64,000 bases of DNA from Vicinamibacterales bacterium (GTDB lineage: Bacteria > Acidobacteriota > Vicinamibacteria > Vicinamibacterales > UBA8438), in assembly GCA_965262555.1 (NCBI GenBank), contig OZ253543.1, positions 2,691,218-2,755,217 on the forward strand. The letters are read 5' to 3'. Shown one piece after another: positions 34,452 through 44,391 of the stretch. Within the stretch, counting starts at the first letter, position 1; each line of letters opens with the position of its first letter. A program made the translations under genes and the position numbers. The notes below the pieces were generated by a model. That model did no database searches. It had not been told where the DNA came from and saw only the letters and a program-made list of their open reading frames with translations.

Positions 34452-35516
34452 TCACTCGTTCGCCGTCGCGGCGCGCCGGATGGCCGGCACCAACTGCTGC
34501 TCGAGCAGCATGTCCAGATCGCGCCGGTGTGGCCGCCGCCCGTCGCCCGGGTTGGGGGACGACGTGGCGACGATCACCGCGTCCAGCTCCGGAATGACGA
34601 AGATGAACTGCCCGCCGTAGCCCCAGGCGTAGTACGTCGGGTGTCCCGCCAGCATCCGCATCCACCACCCGTAGCCGTACTGGCGTCGGCTATAGCGCGA
34701 CGCGGTTCGCGGCGTGAACGACTCGCGTACCCATTCCCGCGAGACCACCTCGAACCCGTCAATCGATCCGCCGCGCCGGTACAGGTCGCCCACCGCCAGC
34801 ATCGCGCGCGGCGTCAGCGTCATCTCGTTGCCGCCGAAGTAGATCCCCTGCGGGTCGCGCAGCCAGGCCGGAAGCGTGAGGCCGAGCGGCCGTGCGAGGT
34901 GGAGCCGCCCGTACTCCAGCGCGCTCGTGCCGGTGGCGCGCGCGATGATTGCCGACAGCAGATGCGTACTCCCGGTGCTGTAAATCATCCGGCCGCCGGG
35001 GCGGTCCACCATCGGCCGCGTCAGGACATGCCGCACCCAGTTCCGGCTCTGCACCCACCGGCCGTAGTTCCGGTTCGATGTCGTCTCGAGGCCGGACCGC
35101 ATGGTGAGCAGATCCTCGACCGTGATCGAGCGCCGCAGCTCGTCTGCGTCGGCCAGCTCGTCCGGGAAGAAGTCCGCAATCGGCTGATCGACGCTCGCAA
35201 TCTCACCCCGGTTGATCGCGACGCCCACCAGGATCGAGATGATTGTCTTCGACGCCGACTTCAGGTTGGCGACGCTCCGCTCGGTCGCACCGTTGAAGTA
35301 GTGCTCCTCGATGAGCTCACCGCCGACCGAAACGAGCAGGCTTCGTAGGCGGGGCAACGCCCCCGCGCGATCGACGATGGCATCTCGCGTCTCCGCCGGG
35401 AGGGCCGGCGGCGCAGCGGCCGGCCGGGTTCCGACTGCCGAAACCACCAGCCCACCAACGGCGACAGCGGCCAGCAGTGCAGCCGCACGGAACGCGGAGC
35501 CTTGTGCCATGGGCAT
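34452..35516 (-). CDS. serine hydrolase (beta-lactamase/class C-like family)
   Basis: S-x-x-K motif (SASK) and YSTGSTHLL block. Signal peptide after ATG 35516. Confidence 0.85.
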   Translation of the reverse strand: MPMAQGSAFRAAALLAAVAVGGLVVSAVGTRPAAAPPALPAETRDAIVDRAGALPRLRSLLVSVGGELIEEHYFNGATERSVANLKSASKTIISILVGVAINRGEIASVDQPIADFFPDELADADELRRSITVEDLLTMRSGLETTSNRNYGRWVQSRNWVRHVLTRPMVDRPGGRMIYSTGSTHLLSAIIARATGTSALEYGRLHLARPLGLTLPAWLRDPQGIYFGGNEMTLTPRAMLAVGDLYRRGGSIDGFEVVSREWVRESFTPRTASRYSRRQYGYGWWMRMLAGHPTYYAWGYGGQFIFVIPELDAVIVATSSPNPGDGRRPHRRDLDMLLEQQLVPAIRRAATANE

Positions 35517-35560
35517 AGAACGAGAAGGGCCGATTATATCCCCGCCCGGGTTCATCCCGG

Positions 35561-36262
35561 CTACCGCGGACGGCCGCCCAGAACCAGGAAGTGATAGAGC
35601 AGGCCGCCCGCGAGCCCGCCAATCGCGGGGCCGGTCCAGTAGATCCAGTGGACGGACCAAACGCCGCCGACGAGCGCCGGGCCGAATGAACGTGCGGGGT
35701 TCATGGACGCGCCGGAGATCGGCCCCGCCAGCAGGATCAGGGCGGCGACGGTCAATCCGATCGCGAATCCGGCGAAGCCGGCCGGCGCGCGCGCATCGAC
35801 CGCGGCGCCGAAGATGACGAAGACCAGGACGAAGGTGATCACGGCCTCGGTCGCCAGCGCCGCGCCAGCCGGCACGCCCGCGCCCGGCGCCGTCGCGCCG
35901 AGTCCCGCGGCGGACACCGCCTCGGCGCCCCCCGGCACGCTGGAGAAGATGGCGGCAATGATCGCGGCGGCAGCGGTCGCGCCGAGTAACTGCACCGCGA
36001 TATAGGCGGCGGCGCGCGGCACGGCGATCCGGCCCGTCGTCAACAGCACCAGCGTCACCACCGGGTTGAGATGCGCGCCGGAAACATTGATGCTCGCCGT
36101 GATCGCCGCAGACAGCGCCAGCCCGGTCGCGAGCGCGATGACCGGCAAGCCGCCAATGTCGACCGCCGCGTCGGTCACGATCGTGCCTGCCGCCACCAGG
36201 CAGAAGATGAAGGTGGCCGCTCCCTCGGCGACGCAGACGGCCGGCACGCCAGGTTGCGCCAT
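35561..36262 (-). CDS. aquaporin/MIP family channel
   Basis: Six TM segments. SGAHLNPV (first box reads NPV rather than NPA) and SGASMNPARS (second NPA box). Confidence 0.85.
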   Translation of the reverse strand: MAQPGVPAVCVAEGAATFIFCLVAAGTIVTDAAVDIGGLPVIALATGLALSAAITASINVSGAHLNPVVTLVLLTTGRIAVPRAAAYIAVQLLGATAAAAIIAAIFSSVPGGAEAVSAAGLGATAPGAGVPAGAALATEAVITFVLVFVIFGAAVDARAPAGFAGFAIGLTVAALILLAGPISGASMNPARSFGPALVGGVWSVHWIYWTGPAIGGLAGGLLYHFLVLGGRPR

Positions 36263-36270
36263 CGTCCGGA

Positions 36271-37587
36271 CTATGCGGGCGCGGCTGTTGGGCGACCGGC
36301 GAGCCGCTGGTACACGTCCAGGGCGCGGCGGGCCATCATCTCGGCCGTGTAGTGCTCGCGCGTGGCGGCCGCGCCGCGCGCGGCAAGCTCGCGGCGGGCA
36401 TCGCCGTCGTCGTGGAGACGCTGCAGCGCCGCCGTCAGGGCGTCGTGGTCGTCGGGTGGGATCAGCACGCCGCCGCCGGTCCGTTCGATCAGCTCGATGT
36501 AGGTGCCGCGGCGGGCGGCGATAACCGGGGTGCCGCATGCCATCGCTTCGATCAGCGACAGGCCCTTGGGGTCGTCGTAGGTCGCGGGCACGGCGAACAG
36601 GTCGAGGCCGCGGAGGAACGCGACCTTGTCCTCGAGCTCGAGGACGCCGCGGTAGTGCACCGCGTCGTCAAGGCCGCGCTCGCGCGCCGTAGCAAGGATC
36701 CGGTCGAGATACCCACGGTGTTCCGGGCCGACCCAGCCGGCCAGTTCGAGGCGGCTTCCCTCCAGCCGCCCGCCGGCGCGCAGGTGGTGGTAGGCGTCGG
36801 CGAGTAGATGCACCCCCTTCTCCGGCGCGATACGACCCAGATAGCCGATGGTGAAGGGCCGGTTCTCCCCGTCGCCCCGATCCGGCGGCGTGTAGGTGTC
36901 GGCCGTGATACCGAGCGGGACCACATCGATCTTCGCGCCGGGAATCTGCAGGTACCGCGCCATATGCCCGGCGTAATAGTCACTCACCGCGATGAACCGG
37001 TCGACCGCCTGCGCATGCTCGCGGACCAGCGCCAGCGCGCGGCTGCGGTACGGCTCGACCAGGTGGTCGAGAAAGATGTCCTCCCCCTGGAGCGTGCAGC
37101 AGATCGGACAGCCGAGCGCCGCGCGCAGCTCCGGCGCCAGCGAGATCAGCAACGAATAGGAGATGTCGATGACGTCCGGGCGCGGCTCGCGACGCAGCCA
37201 GTGGAGCAGCTTGTCGAATTCCTTTCGCTGGTGCCCGTGGCGCCCCTCGAGCATCGAAACAGTCAGCGCCCCCAACTCCTCCGGCTGTGTCGGCATGCCC
37301 AGCTTCGACACCAGGCGAAGCAGCCAGCGCGACTCCCACAATCGGTCAACCAGCCAGGGGGTGCCGCGGAAGAACCCGAGCTTCTGCTCCAGGAAGACGC
37401 TGACGCCGCCGAAGAAGATACGGCGCCCGCGCGCGGCGCTCGGCTCATCGGTGCGGGGCGGGGTGTAGAGCGGCACCATGATCGCCTCGTGGCCCAGTCG
37501 GGCAATCGCGCGCGCCAGCGTGTTGTCGCGGATGCAACTGCCGCAATACATCCCGCCGGCGCCCGCGGTGATCGAGACGATCCGCAT
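36271..37587 (-). CDS. glycosyltransferase family 4 (GT-B)
   Basis: C-terminal E-x7-E region (GLSLIEAMACGTPVIA). N-terminal MRIVSI.... Start at internal ATG 37587. Confidence 0.85.
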   Translation of the reverse strand: MRIVSITAGAGGMYCGSCIRDNTLARAIARLGHEAIMVPLYTPPRTDEPSAARGRRIFFGGVSVFLEQKLGFFRGTPWLVDRLWESRWLLRLVSKLGMPTQPEELGALTVSMLEGRHGHQRKEFDKLLHWLRREPRPDVIDISYSLLISLAPELRAALGCPICCTLQGEDIFLDHLVEPYRSRALALVREHAQAVDRFIAVSDYYAGHMARYLQIPGAKIDVVPLGITADTYTPPDRGDGENRPFTIGYLGRIAPEKGVHLLADAYHHLRAGGRLEGSRLELAGWVGPEHRGYLDRILATARERGLDDAVHYRGVLELEDKVAFLRGLDLFAVPATYDDPKGLSLIEAMACGTPVIAARRGTYIELIERTGGGVLIPPDDHDALTAALQRLHDDGDARRELAARGAAATREHYTAEMMARRALDVYQRLAGRPTAAPA

Positions 37588-37594
37588 GGGCGGT

Positions 37595-38923
37595 CTAGCC
37601 GGCGGCGATGCAGTAGAGGTACTGCTGGCTCCGCACGTAGATCTCGTCGCCGACGATCGCCGCCGAGGCGTCGATCGGGTCGTCCAGCCGGTTGGTCGCG
37701 AGCACCAGCAGCTCCGGGCCAGTGGCGAGCACCACCGTCGTGCCGTCGCGGCCGGTGATATAGAGCCGGTCGTTCGCCACCACGGGCGAGGCGTAGATCT
37801 CGCGAATGCCCGGCAGGCGCTCCGGACCGTAGAGCCGACGCCCGGTCGCGGCGTCATGGGCAGAGAGGATGCCGGAGTTGCTCTTCGTGAAGTAGAGGAT
37901 GCCGTCGTGCAGCACTGGCGACGGGACGTACGGCGTGTCGCGGTCGTGCGACCAGACGATGGCGTCGCTGCCGCTGATATCGCCCCGGGCGCGCGCGACA
38001 TCGACGGCGTAGAGGCGGTTCCCGCGGTAGCCGCTCATCAGATAGACGATCCCATCGCCCGCGACGGGCGACGGGATGGCGTTCTCCGTGACGCCCTCCC
38101 CTTCCCAGAGGAGTGCACCGGTCTCGGCCGAATAGCTCCGGATCCGGTCGGTCGCGCTCGTCACCACCTGCGCCTGCCCGTCGTGTTCGACGACGAGCGG
38201 CGTCGTCCAGGCGGTCTCTTCGTCGCGGTCGACGCGCCACCGCTCGACGCCGGTCCGCTTGTCGAGCGCCGTAATGAACGACGGTCCCTGATGATCCCAG
38301 ATCACGATGATGGCATCGCCGTACAGCACCGGCGACGCTCCCTCGCCGAATCCGAGGCGGATCCGCATGTCACCGAAGTCGCGCTCCCAGAGCGGCTGCC
38401 CGCCCATGTCGTAGCAGTAGAGGCCGTGCGATCCGAAGAAGGCGCAGACCACCTCGCCATCGGTCACCGCGGAGGCGGACGCCCAACTGTTGGTATTGTG
38501 CCGCCCCTCGTGCGGCTGATCGATCACGGCCGTCCGCTCCCAGTCGACGGCTCCGCTCTGCCGATCGATCGCCAGGATGGTGTACGCGAACAGGTCGCCC
38601 GTCCCAGTCGTTCCCACGATCCGGTTGCGGAGGCGGGCGAACAAGCCCGGCCCACCCTCCCCCTCGCCGGCCGGGACGGCGCTCAGGACGAAGACCCGGT
38701 CTCCCCAGACGACCGGCGAGGCCGATCCGTTGCCCGGGATTGGCACCTTCCAGCGGACGTTGTCGGTCTCGCTCCAGGTGAGCGGGGGATCGGCCGCCGG
38801 GGCGACGCCGGTGGCGAGCGGACCCCGCCACTGCGGCCAGTCGTCTCCCTCACGCGTCTGGGCAGAGACGGCCACCAGACCCAGAACCGCCACCGTCCCC
38901 AGAGTCATCGCACCTCGCTGCAT
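37595..38923 (-). CDS. exported PQQ-like (BamB-like) beta-propeller repeat protein
   Basis: Signal peptide. WPQWRG opening. Repeated ...G.l.a.D..tG...W blades. Confidence 0.8.
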   Translation of the reverse strand: MQRGAMTLGTVAVLGLVAVSAQTREGDDWPQWRGPLATGVAPAADPPLTWSETDNVRWKVPIPGNGSASPVVWGDRVFVLSAVPAGEGEGGPGLFARLRNRIVGTTGTGDLFAYTILAIDRQSGAVDWERTAVIDQPHEGRHNTNSWASASAVTDGEVVCAFFGSHGLYCYDMGGQPLWERDFGDMRIRLGFGEGASPVLYGDAIIVIWDHQGPSFITALDKRTGVERWRVDRDEETAWTTPLVVEHDGQAQVVTSATDRIRSYSAETGALLWEGEGVTENAIPSPVAGDGIVYLMSGYRGNRLYAVDVARARGDISGSDAIVWSHDRDTPYVPSPVLHDGILYFTKSNSGILSAHDAATGRRLYGPERLPGIREIYASPVVANDRLYITGRDGTTVVLATGPELLVLATNRLDDPIDASAAIVGDEIYVRSQQYLYCIAAG

Positions 38924-39021
38924 CGCCCATCCCCCCGCCGGACCGGCCGGCGCGCCCGACGATCATAGCTGCATCAGGCGGCTCCCCGGCGCGCGTGGTA
39001 CGTGGTATACGATACGCAGCC

Positions 39022-39477
39022 ATGACTATCAGCACCCTGCACCTGTCGTCGTTCGCGCTGGCGCTTGCCGCGCTCCTCGTCCTCGGCATGGCGGCCGCCG
39101 CCGCGCAGGACGCGATTCCGCCGCCGCCGGATGTCGCCGAGCCTCCCGCCGACGCCGAAGTCACGCGGTCGGGCCTCGCGTCGAAGGTGATCGAACCGGG
39201 CGACGGTACCCGGAACCCGCGGGCCAACTCCACGGTCACCGTGCACTACACCGGGTGGCACACCACCGGCGAAATGTTCGACAGCTCGATCGCCCGCGGC
39301 GCGCCGGCGTCGTTCCCGCTGAACCGGGTGATCCAGGGTTGGACCGAAGGGCTGCAACTCATGGTGGCGGGGGAGAAGCGCCGCTTCTGGATCCCGGAGG
39401 GCCTCGCCTACGGCGGGCGCCGCGGCCTCCCGGCCGGCACGCTGGTATTCGACATCGAGTTGATCTCCTTCCGGTAG
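39022..39477 (+). CDS. FKBP-type peptidyl-prolyl cis-trans isomerase, exported
   Basis: V.VHYTGW...G..FDSS....P..F.L..VI.GW.EG...M..GEKR...IP..LAYG. Confidence 0.85.
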   Translation: MTISTLHLSSFALALAALLVLGMAAAAAQDAIPPPPDVAEPPADAEVTRSGLASKVIEPGDGTRNPRANSTVTVHYTGWHTTGEMFDSSIARGAPASFPLNRVIQGWTEGLQLMVAGEKRRFWIPEGLAYGGRRGLPAGTLVFDIELISFR

Positions 39478-39541
39478 CCCACCCGAACTGGTTGAGACGG
39501 CTCCGGTCCGTTTCGTTCGGTCCGCTCGGCGACGGTATACT

Positions 39542-40969
39542 GTGAAGCTGTCTCCGGCGCGCACCCGGCGCGACTCGGGCGGGACAGCGGATCAGAGAAC
39601 GGTGCCAGACCGATTCCGACACCGCCCCGGATTCGGGCTTGTCGCGGCAGCCGTCACCGTCCTGGTGCTGGCGTCGCCTGCCGCGCCCGAGGCCCACGAC
39701 ATCCCGACCGACGTCACCGTCCGGGCATTCATCAAGCCCGAGGGGGAGCGGCTGCGCATGCTGATCCGTCTCCCCCTCGAGGCGATGCTCGACGTCAACT
39801 TCCCGCTGCACGGCCCCGGATACCTCGACATGGAGCCGGCCGAGCGCCTGCTCCCCAACGCCGCCAGGCTCTGGCTCGCCCAGGAGATCGAGATCTATGA
39901 GGACGGCACGCGCCTGGCCGAGCCGACGCTCGCCGCCGTCCGGCTGTCGCTGCCGTCAGACCGGTCGTTCGACCGTTACGAGACGGCACTGGCGCACGTG
40001 ACGACCGGCGCCCGACTCCCCCCGACGACGGAGATCATCTGGCGGCAGGCGATGCTCGACGTTCTGCTCGACTACGACACGGTGTCGGATCAGTCCAGCT
40101 TCGCCATCCGTCCTGGGGTCGAACGGCTCGGCCTGCGGGTGATCTCGGTCATCCGGTTCATCACCCCGGCGGGGGCGGAGCGGGCGTTCGAACTGCGGGG
40201 CGACCCGGGCATCGTCACCCTCGACCCCCGGTGGCACCAGGCCGCCTGGCGCTTCGTCGTGTCCGGCTTCGATCACATCCTGGACGGCACCGACCACCTG
40301 CTGTTCCTCCTCTGCCTGGTGGTGCCGTTCCGCCGCCTCCGGGCGCTGGTGCCAATCGTCACGGGCTTCACAGTGGCGCACTCGGTGACGCTGATCGCCT
40401 CGGCCTACGACATGGCCCCCAACACGCTCTGGTTCCCGCCCGCGGTCGAAACGCTCATCGCGCTCTCCATCCTCTATATGGCGTTCGAGAACATCGTCGC
40501 CGCGGACGCGGGCCAGGTGGGGCGGATCCGGCGGCGGTGGGTGGTGGCGTTCGGCTTCGGCCTGATCCACGGCTTCGGCTTCTCGTTCGCCCTGCGCGAG
40601 ACGCTGCAGTTCGCCGGCTCGCACCTGCTGACGTCGCTCCTGTCATTCAACCTCGGCGTCGAGCTCGGTCAGTTGCTGGTGATCGCGCTTGCGGTGCCGG
40701 CGCTGGAGCTGTTGTTCCGATTCGTCGTCGCCGAACGGATGGGGACGATCCTCATTTCGGTCCTCGTGGCACACACGAGCTGGCACTGGATGGCGGAGCG
40801 GTACGACACGCTGAGCCAGTATCCGCTCACCTTGGCGGCGGTCCTGAGCGCGCTGGCAGTTGGCATCATCCCCTGGTTGATCGCGATGATGCTGGCGGCC
40901 GCGGTCGCCTGGTACGGCCTCCGGTATGTCCGCCGCCAGCGGCCGGCGGGTGAAGCGGTGATCGAGTAG
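39542..40969 (+). CDS. HupE/UreJ-family membrane protein with an N-terminal periplasmic domain of about 220 aa
   Basis: C-terminal half has GFDHIL.G.DHLLFLL...H..T and GFGLIHGFGF motifs, shared with 50991..51704. Confidence 0.7.
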   Translation: MKLSPARTRRDSGGTADQRTVPDRFRHRPGFGLVAAAVTVLVLASPAAPEAHDIPTDVTVRAFIKPEGERLRMLIRLPLEAMLDVNFPLHGPGYLDMEPAERLLPNAARLWLAQEIEIYEDGTRLAEPTLAAVRLSLPSDRSFDRYETALAHVTTGARLPPTTEIIWRQAMLDVLLDYDTVSDQSSFAIRPGVERLGLRVISVIRFITPAGAERAFELRGDPGIVTLDPRWHQAAWRFVVSGFDHILDGTDHLLFLLCLVVPFRRLRALVPIVTGFTVAHSVTLIASAYDMAPNTLWFPPAVETLIALSILYMAFENIVAADAGQVGRIRRRWVVAFGFGLIHGFGFSFALRETLQFAGSHLLTSLLSFNLGVELGQLLVIALAVPALELLFRFVVAERMGTILISVLVAHTSWHWMAERYDTLSQYPLTLAAVLSALAVGIIPWLIAMMLAAAVAWYGLRYVRRQRPAGEAVIE

Positions 40970-40986
40970 GCGTCGTCACAGCGTCC

Positions 40987-43398
40987 GTGGAGGACGAGGA
41001 GTACAGGCTGGATATCGTCGTTCGCCGTGTTGCCGTCACCCTGGTGGCCGCCCTGGCGGTTGCCGGAGCCGCCGCGCCGCAGACCAGGGTCGAATCGGCC
41101 GCCGAACAGGACCCCGCCGCGCAGGATCCCGCCGGCGGGCAGGCGCCGCTCGTCCTCGAGGGCACCGACACCGGCGCCGAGTTGCCGCCGGGCGAGCGCT
41201 ACCGGGTGGAGCCGGTCCGTACGACGCAGAGTCCACGCATCGACGGGCGGCTCGACGAGGAGGCGTGGCTGCGCGCGGCGGTCATCGACGACTTCACGCA
41301 GCAGGAACCGTCTGAAGGGGATCCCGCCACGGAACGGACCGTCGTCCGGCTGATGTACGACGCCGCCATGCTGTACGTCGGCGTCGAGGCGTACGATAGC
41401 GATCCCGACGGGCTGATCGCCACCGAGAAGCGGCGCGATTCAATGCGGCTGCTCGACGAAGACAACTTCCAGATCATCATCGATACCTTCCGCGATCAGC
41501 GCTCCGGCTACATGTTCGTGACGAACCCGCTCGGGGCGAAGCTGGAGCAGCAGGTGGCCCAGGAGGGCGAGGGTGGCTTCCGCGGCAACAGCTCCAACAT
41601 CAACCTGAACTGGGACGGCGTCTGGGACGTCGCCACCCGGCGGACGCCGGAGGGCTGGGTGGCGGAGATCGGCATCCCGATGGTGACGCTCCGCTTTCCC
41701 CGCGCCGAACGGCAGGTCTGGGGCGTCAACTTCATGCGCAACATCCGGCGCAAGAACGAGCAGGTGTTGTGGGCGCCGATCCCGAAGGCGTACACCCTGA
41801 CGCGCGTCAGCCTGGCGGGAACGATGCACGGCATCGCCGGCGTCAATCGCGGCCTCGATCTGCGCGTAACGCCGTACGTCCTGGCGTCCGGACGCCAGGA
41901 CCGCGCCGTGGCGGGCGCAAGCCTGAACGGTTCCGGCATCGGCAACGCCGGCGTCGACGTCAAGTACGGCATCGCCTCCGGGCTGAACCTCGACCTGACC
42001 GTCAACACCGACTTCGCGCAGGTGGAGGTGGACGAACAGCAGGTGAACCTGACGCGGTTCCCGCTGTTCTTTCCGGAGAAGCGCGACTTCTTCCTCGAAA
42101 ACGCCGGCATGTTCAGCTTCCGCACGCAGGGCTTCAACCGCGCCGCCGACCTCTTCTTCACCCGGCGGATCGGGCGGTCGAGCACCGGCCAGGTGATTCC
42201 GATCGTGGGTGGGGCCCGGCTGACCGGCAAGGTGGACCGCCACAACGTCGCGGTGCTCAACATCACCACCCAGGCGTCCGGCTCGCGGGAACGCGGGACA
42301 CGGCAGCCGGGCCACAACTTCTTCGTCGGCCGCTACAGCCGCGACATCCTGGCGCGGTCGAGGGTGGGAGGCATCGTCATCAGCAAGCAGGCGGTCGGCA
42401 GCCTGAGCGGCTTCGGCGGGACGCACTACAACCGGACGTTCGCCGTCGACACGACGCTTGCCCCCCATCCCAACATGTCGATATCGGCGTTTCTCGCCAA
42501 GACGGAAACGCCCGAGAAAACGCCCGAGATGGCCGGCAACGACATGGCGGGCTACTTCACCGCGGTCTGGCTCAGCCCGTCGTGGCGCATCTACGGTGAG
42601 TACACGGATATTCAGGACAACTTCAACGCCGAGGTGGGCTTCGTCCCCAGGCTCGGCATCCGGACATCGAAGTTTCACGGCGAGTGGGATCCGCGGCCAG
42701 GCCGGTGGGGCATCCGGCAGTTCGACCCGATGTGGAACATCGAGTACACAACCGATCAGCACAACCGGCTGCTGACGCGACGCATGCACAACATGGTCGG
42801 CACCTATTTCGAGGACGGATCGTCGGTCACCATCATCTACAACGACCACTTCGAGCAGCTCGACATGCCGTTCCCCATCTACCGGGACCGGCGGAACCCG
42901 GAGAACAACGTCACGGTCGCGCCCGGCGCCTACAGCTTCGGCCAGTGGATGTTCCGCTACCGGAGCGACCCGTCGCGCCGCGTCTATACGCAGCTTCGCT
43001 ATGCGCCGCAGACCTTCTTCGACGGCACACGGACCGACACGAGCGCCACCGTCGGCATCCGGTTCACGCAGTCGCTCGCCGCCGAGGTGATCGTCAATCG
43101 GAACGACGTCGACCTGGCGGGCGGGGCGTTCATCGCAGATCTGGCGTCCGTCCGGTTCGACTGGGCCGTCTCCCCCACCATCACGCTCCGCACGCTGTCG
43201 CAGTACAACTCGACCACCGACGAGTTGAGCAACAGCGTCCGCTTCAACTGGATCTACAGCCCGGGCAGCGATATCTACATCGCCTACGACGAACTGCGCC
43301 TCGACTTCGAGCCGCAGGTGGCAGGCATCCGCCGCTATTCGCCCTGGGTCCGCAACCGTCAGCTCGCCATCAAGATGACCTACCTGCTGTCGCGGTAG
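40987..43398 (+). CDS. DUF5916/CBM9-like large exported protein, copy 2
   Basis: Same architecture and conserved block (NTDFAQVEVDEQQVNLTRFPLFFPEKRDFF) as copy 1. GTG start 17 nt after the HupE gene. Confidence 0.75.
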   Translation: MEDEEYRLDIVVRRVAVTLVAALAVAGAAAPQTRVESAAEQDPAAQDPAGGQAPLVLEGTDTGAELPPGERYRVEPVRTTQSPRIDGRLDEEAWLRAAVIDDFTQQEPSEGDPATERTVVRLMYDAAMLYVGVEAYDSDPDGLIATEKRRDSMRLLDEDNFQIIIDTFRDQRSGYMFVTNPLGAKLEQQVAQEGEGGFRGNSSNINLNWDGVWDVATRRTPEGWVAEIGIPMVTLRFPRAERQVWGVNFMRNIRRKNEQVLWAPIPKAYTLTRVSLAGTMHGIAGVNRGLDLRVTPYVLASGRQDRAVAGASLNGSGIGNAGVDVKYGIASGLNLDLTVNTDFAQVEVDEQQVNLTRFPLFFPEKRDFFLENAGMFSFRTQGFNRAADLFFTRRIGRSSTGQVIPIVGGARLTGKVDRHNVAVLNITTQASGSRERGTRQPGHNFFVGRYSRDILARSRVGGIVISKQAVGSLSGFGGTHYNRTFAVDTTLAPHPNMSISAFLAKTETPEKTPEMAGNDMAGYFTAVWLSPSWRIYGEYTDIQDNFNAEVGFVPRLGIRTSKFHGEWDPRPGRWGIRQFDPMWNIEYTTDQHNRLLTRRMHNMVGTYFEDGSSVTIIYNDHFEQLDMPFPIYRDRRNPENNVTVAPGAYSFGQWMFRYRSDPSRRVYTQLRYAPQTFFDGTRTDTSATVGIRFTQSLAAEVIVNRNDVDLAGGAFIADLASVRFDWAVSPTITLRTLSQYNSTTDELSNSVRFNWIYSPGSDIYIAYDELRLDFEPQVAGIRRYSPWVRNRQLAIKMTYLLSR

Positions 43399-43437
43399 CG
43401 GCGGGACGGTGGGGTATAGTGGCGGCGGAGGTGGCCG

Positions 43438-44289
43438 ATGGCTGACGTGACCCGGCGCGCGGCAATGGGGATGGTCGGAGCAGCAGCCGTCGGTGCGGCA
43501 GTGAGCCGCGCGTTGCCGGCGCAGGCCGCCACCGTCACGTTTCGGCAATCGGCCTGCCGCTCCTGCTTCGGCGACCTGCCGCTGCGCGACGTCCTCCAGG
43601 CGGTGCGCGCGGCCGGCCTCGACGCGGTCGACCTGCTCCACGCGGACGAATGGGACACGGCGCGCCGGGAGGGCCTTGTCTGCTCGGCCGGCTACGGCGG
43701 CGCCGGCACGGTGACCGACGGGTTGAACGACCCGGCCAACCATGCTGCAATCGTCCGCCACCTGGAGCGGAGCCTGCCGGCCGCGGCGCGCGCCGGCGTG
43801 CCGAACGTCATCGCGTTCGTCGGCAGCCGGCGCGGCCGCAGCAACGCCGAGGGGCTTGACCACTGCGCGGCGGTCCTCCGGCGGGTGGCGCCGGTGGCGG
43901 AGCAGGAAGGCGTCACCCTCGTGGTGGAGCTGCTCAACAGCCGGGTGGACTACCCCGACTATCAGGGGGACCGGCTGGCGTTCGGCGCCGAACTGATCGA
44001 CCGGGTTGACTCACCCCGCGTCCGGCTGCTGTACGACCTCTATCACATGCAGGTGATGGAGGGGAACGTCATCCAGACGATCCGCGACCACCACCACCGG
44101 ATCGCCCACTATCACGCCGCCGGCGTGCCGGGCCGCCGGGAACTGGACCTGCACCAGGAACTCCATTGGCCAGCCATCGCCCGCGCCATCGCCGAGACCG
44201 GCTTTGCCGGTTACGTCGCACACGAGTTCATGGCGACCGGCGACCCGATCGCCGCCCTCCGCCGCACGGTCGCCCGCGCCGACGCGTAG
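43438..44289 (+). CDS. xylose-isomerase-like TIM-barrel protein (hydroxypyruvate isomerase-like) with Tat-type signal
   Basis: TRRAAMG twin-arginine N-terminus. VELLN...D.YH..... and HYH/HEF metal-ligand blocks. Confidence 0.75.
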   Translation: MADVTRRAAMGMVGAAAVGAAVSRALPAQAATVTFRQSACRSCFGDLPLRDVLQAVRAAGLDAVDLLHADEWDTARREGLVCSAGYGGAGTVTDGLNDPANHAAIVRHLERSLPAAARAGVPNVIAFVGSRRGRSNAEGLDHCAAVLRRVAPVAEQEGVTLVVELLNSRVDYPDYQGDRLAFGAELIDRVDSPRVRLLYDLYHMQVMEGNVIQTIRDHHHRIAHYHAAGVPGRRELDLHQELHWPAIARAIAETGFAGYVAHEFMATGDPIAALRRTVARADA

Positions 44290-44391
44290 CGGCAGCCGGC
44301 GCGAGGCGGGCGCACGGCTGTTGCCAAACGGCCGGCGCATGGGCGATCATGACGGGGATCGGTTGTCGCTTGACGCACGTGGCGCGGGAGG

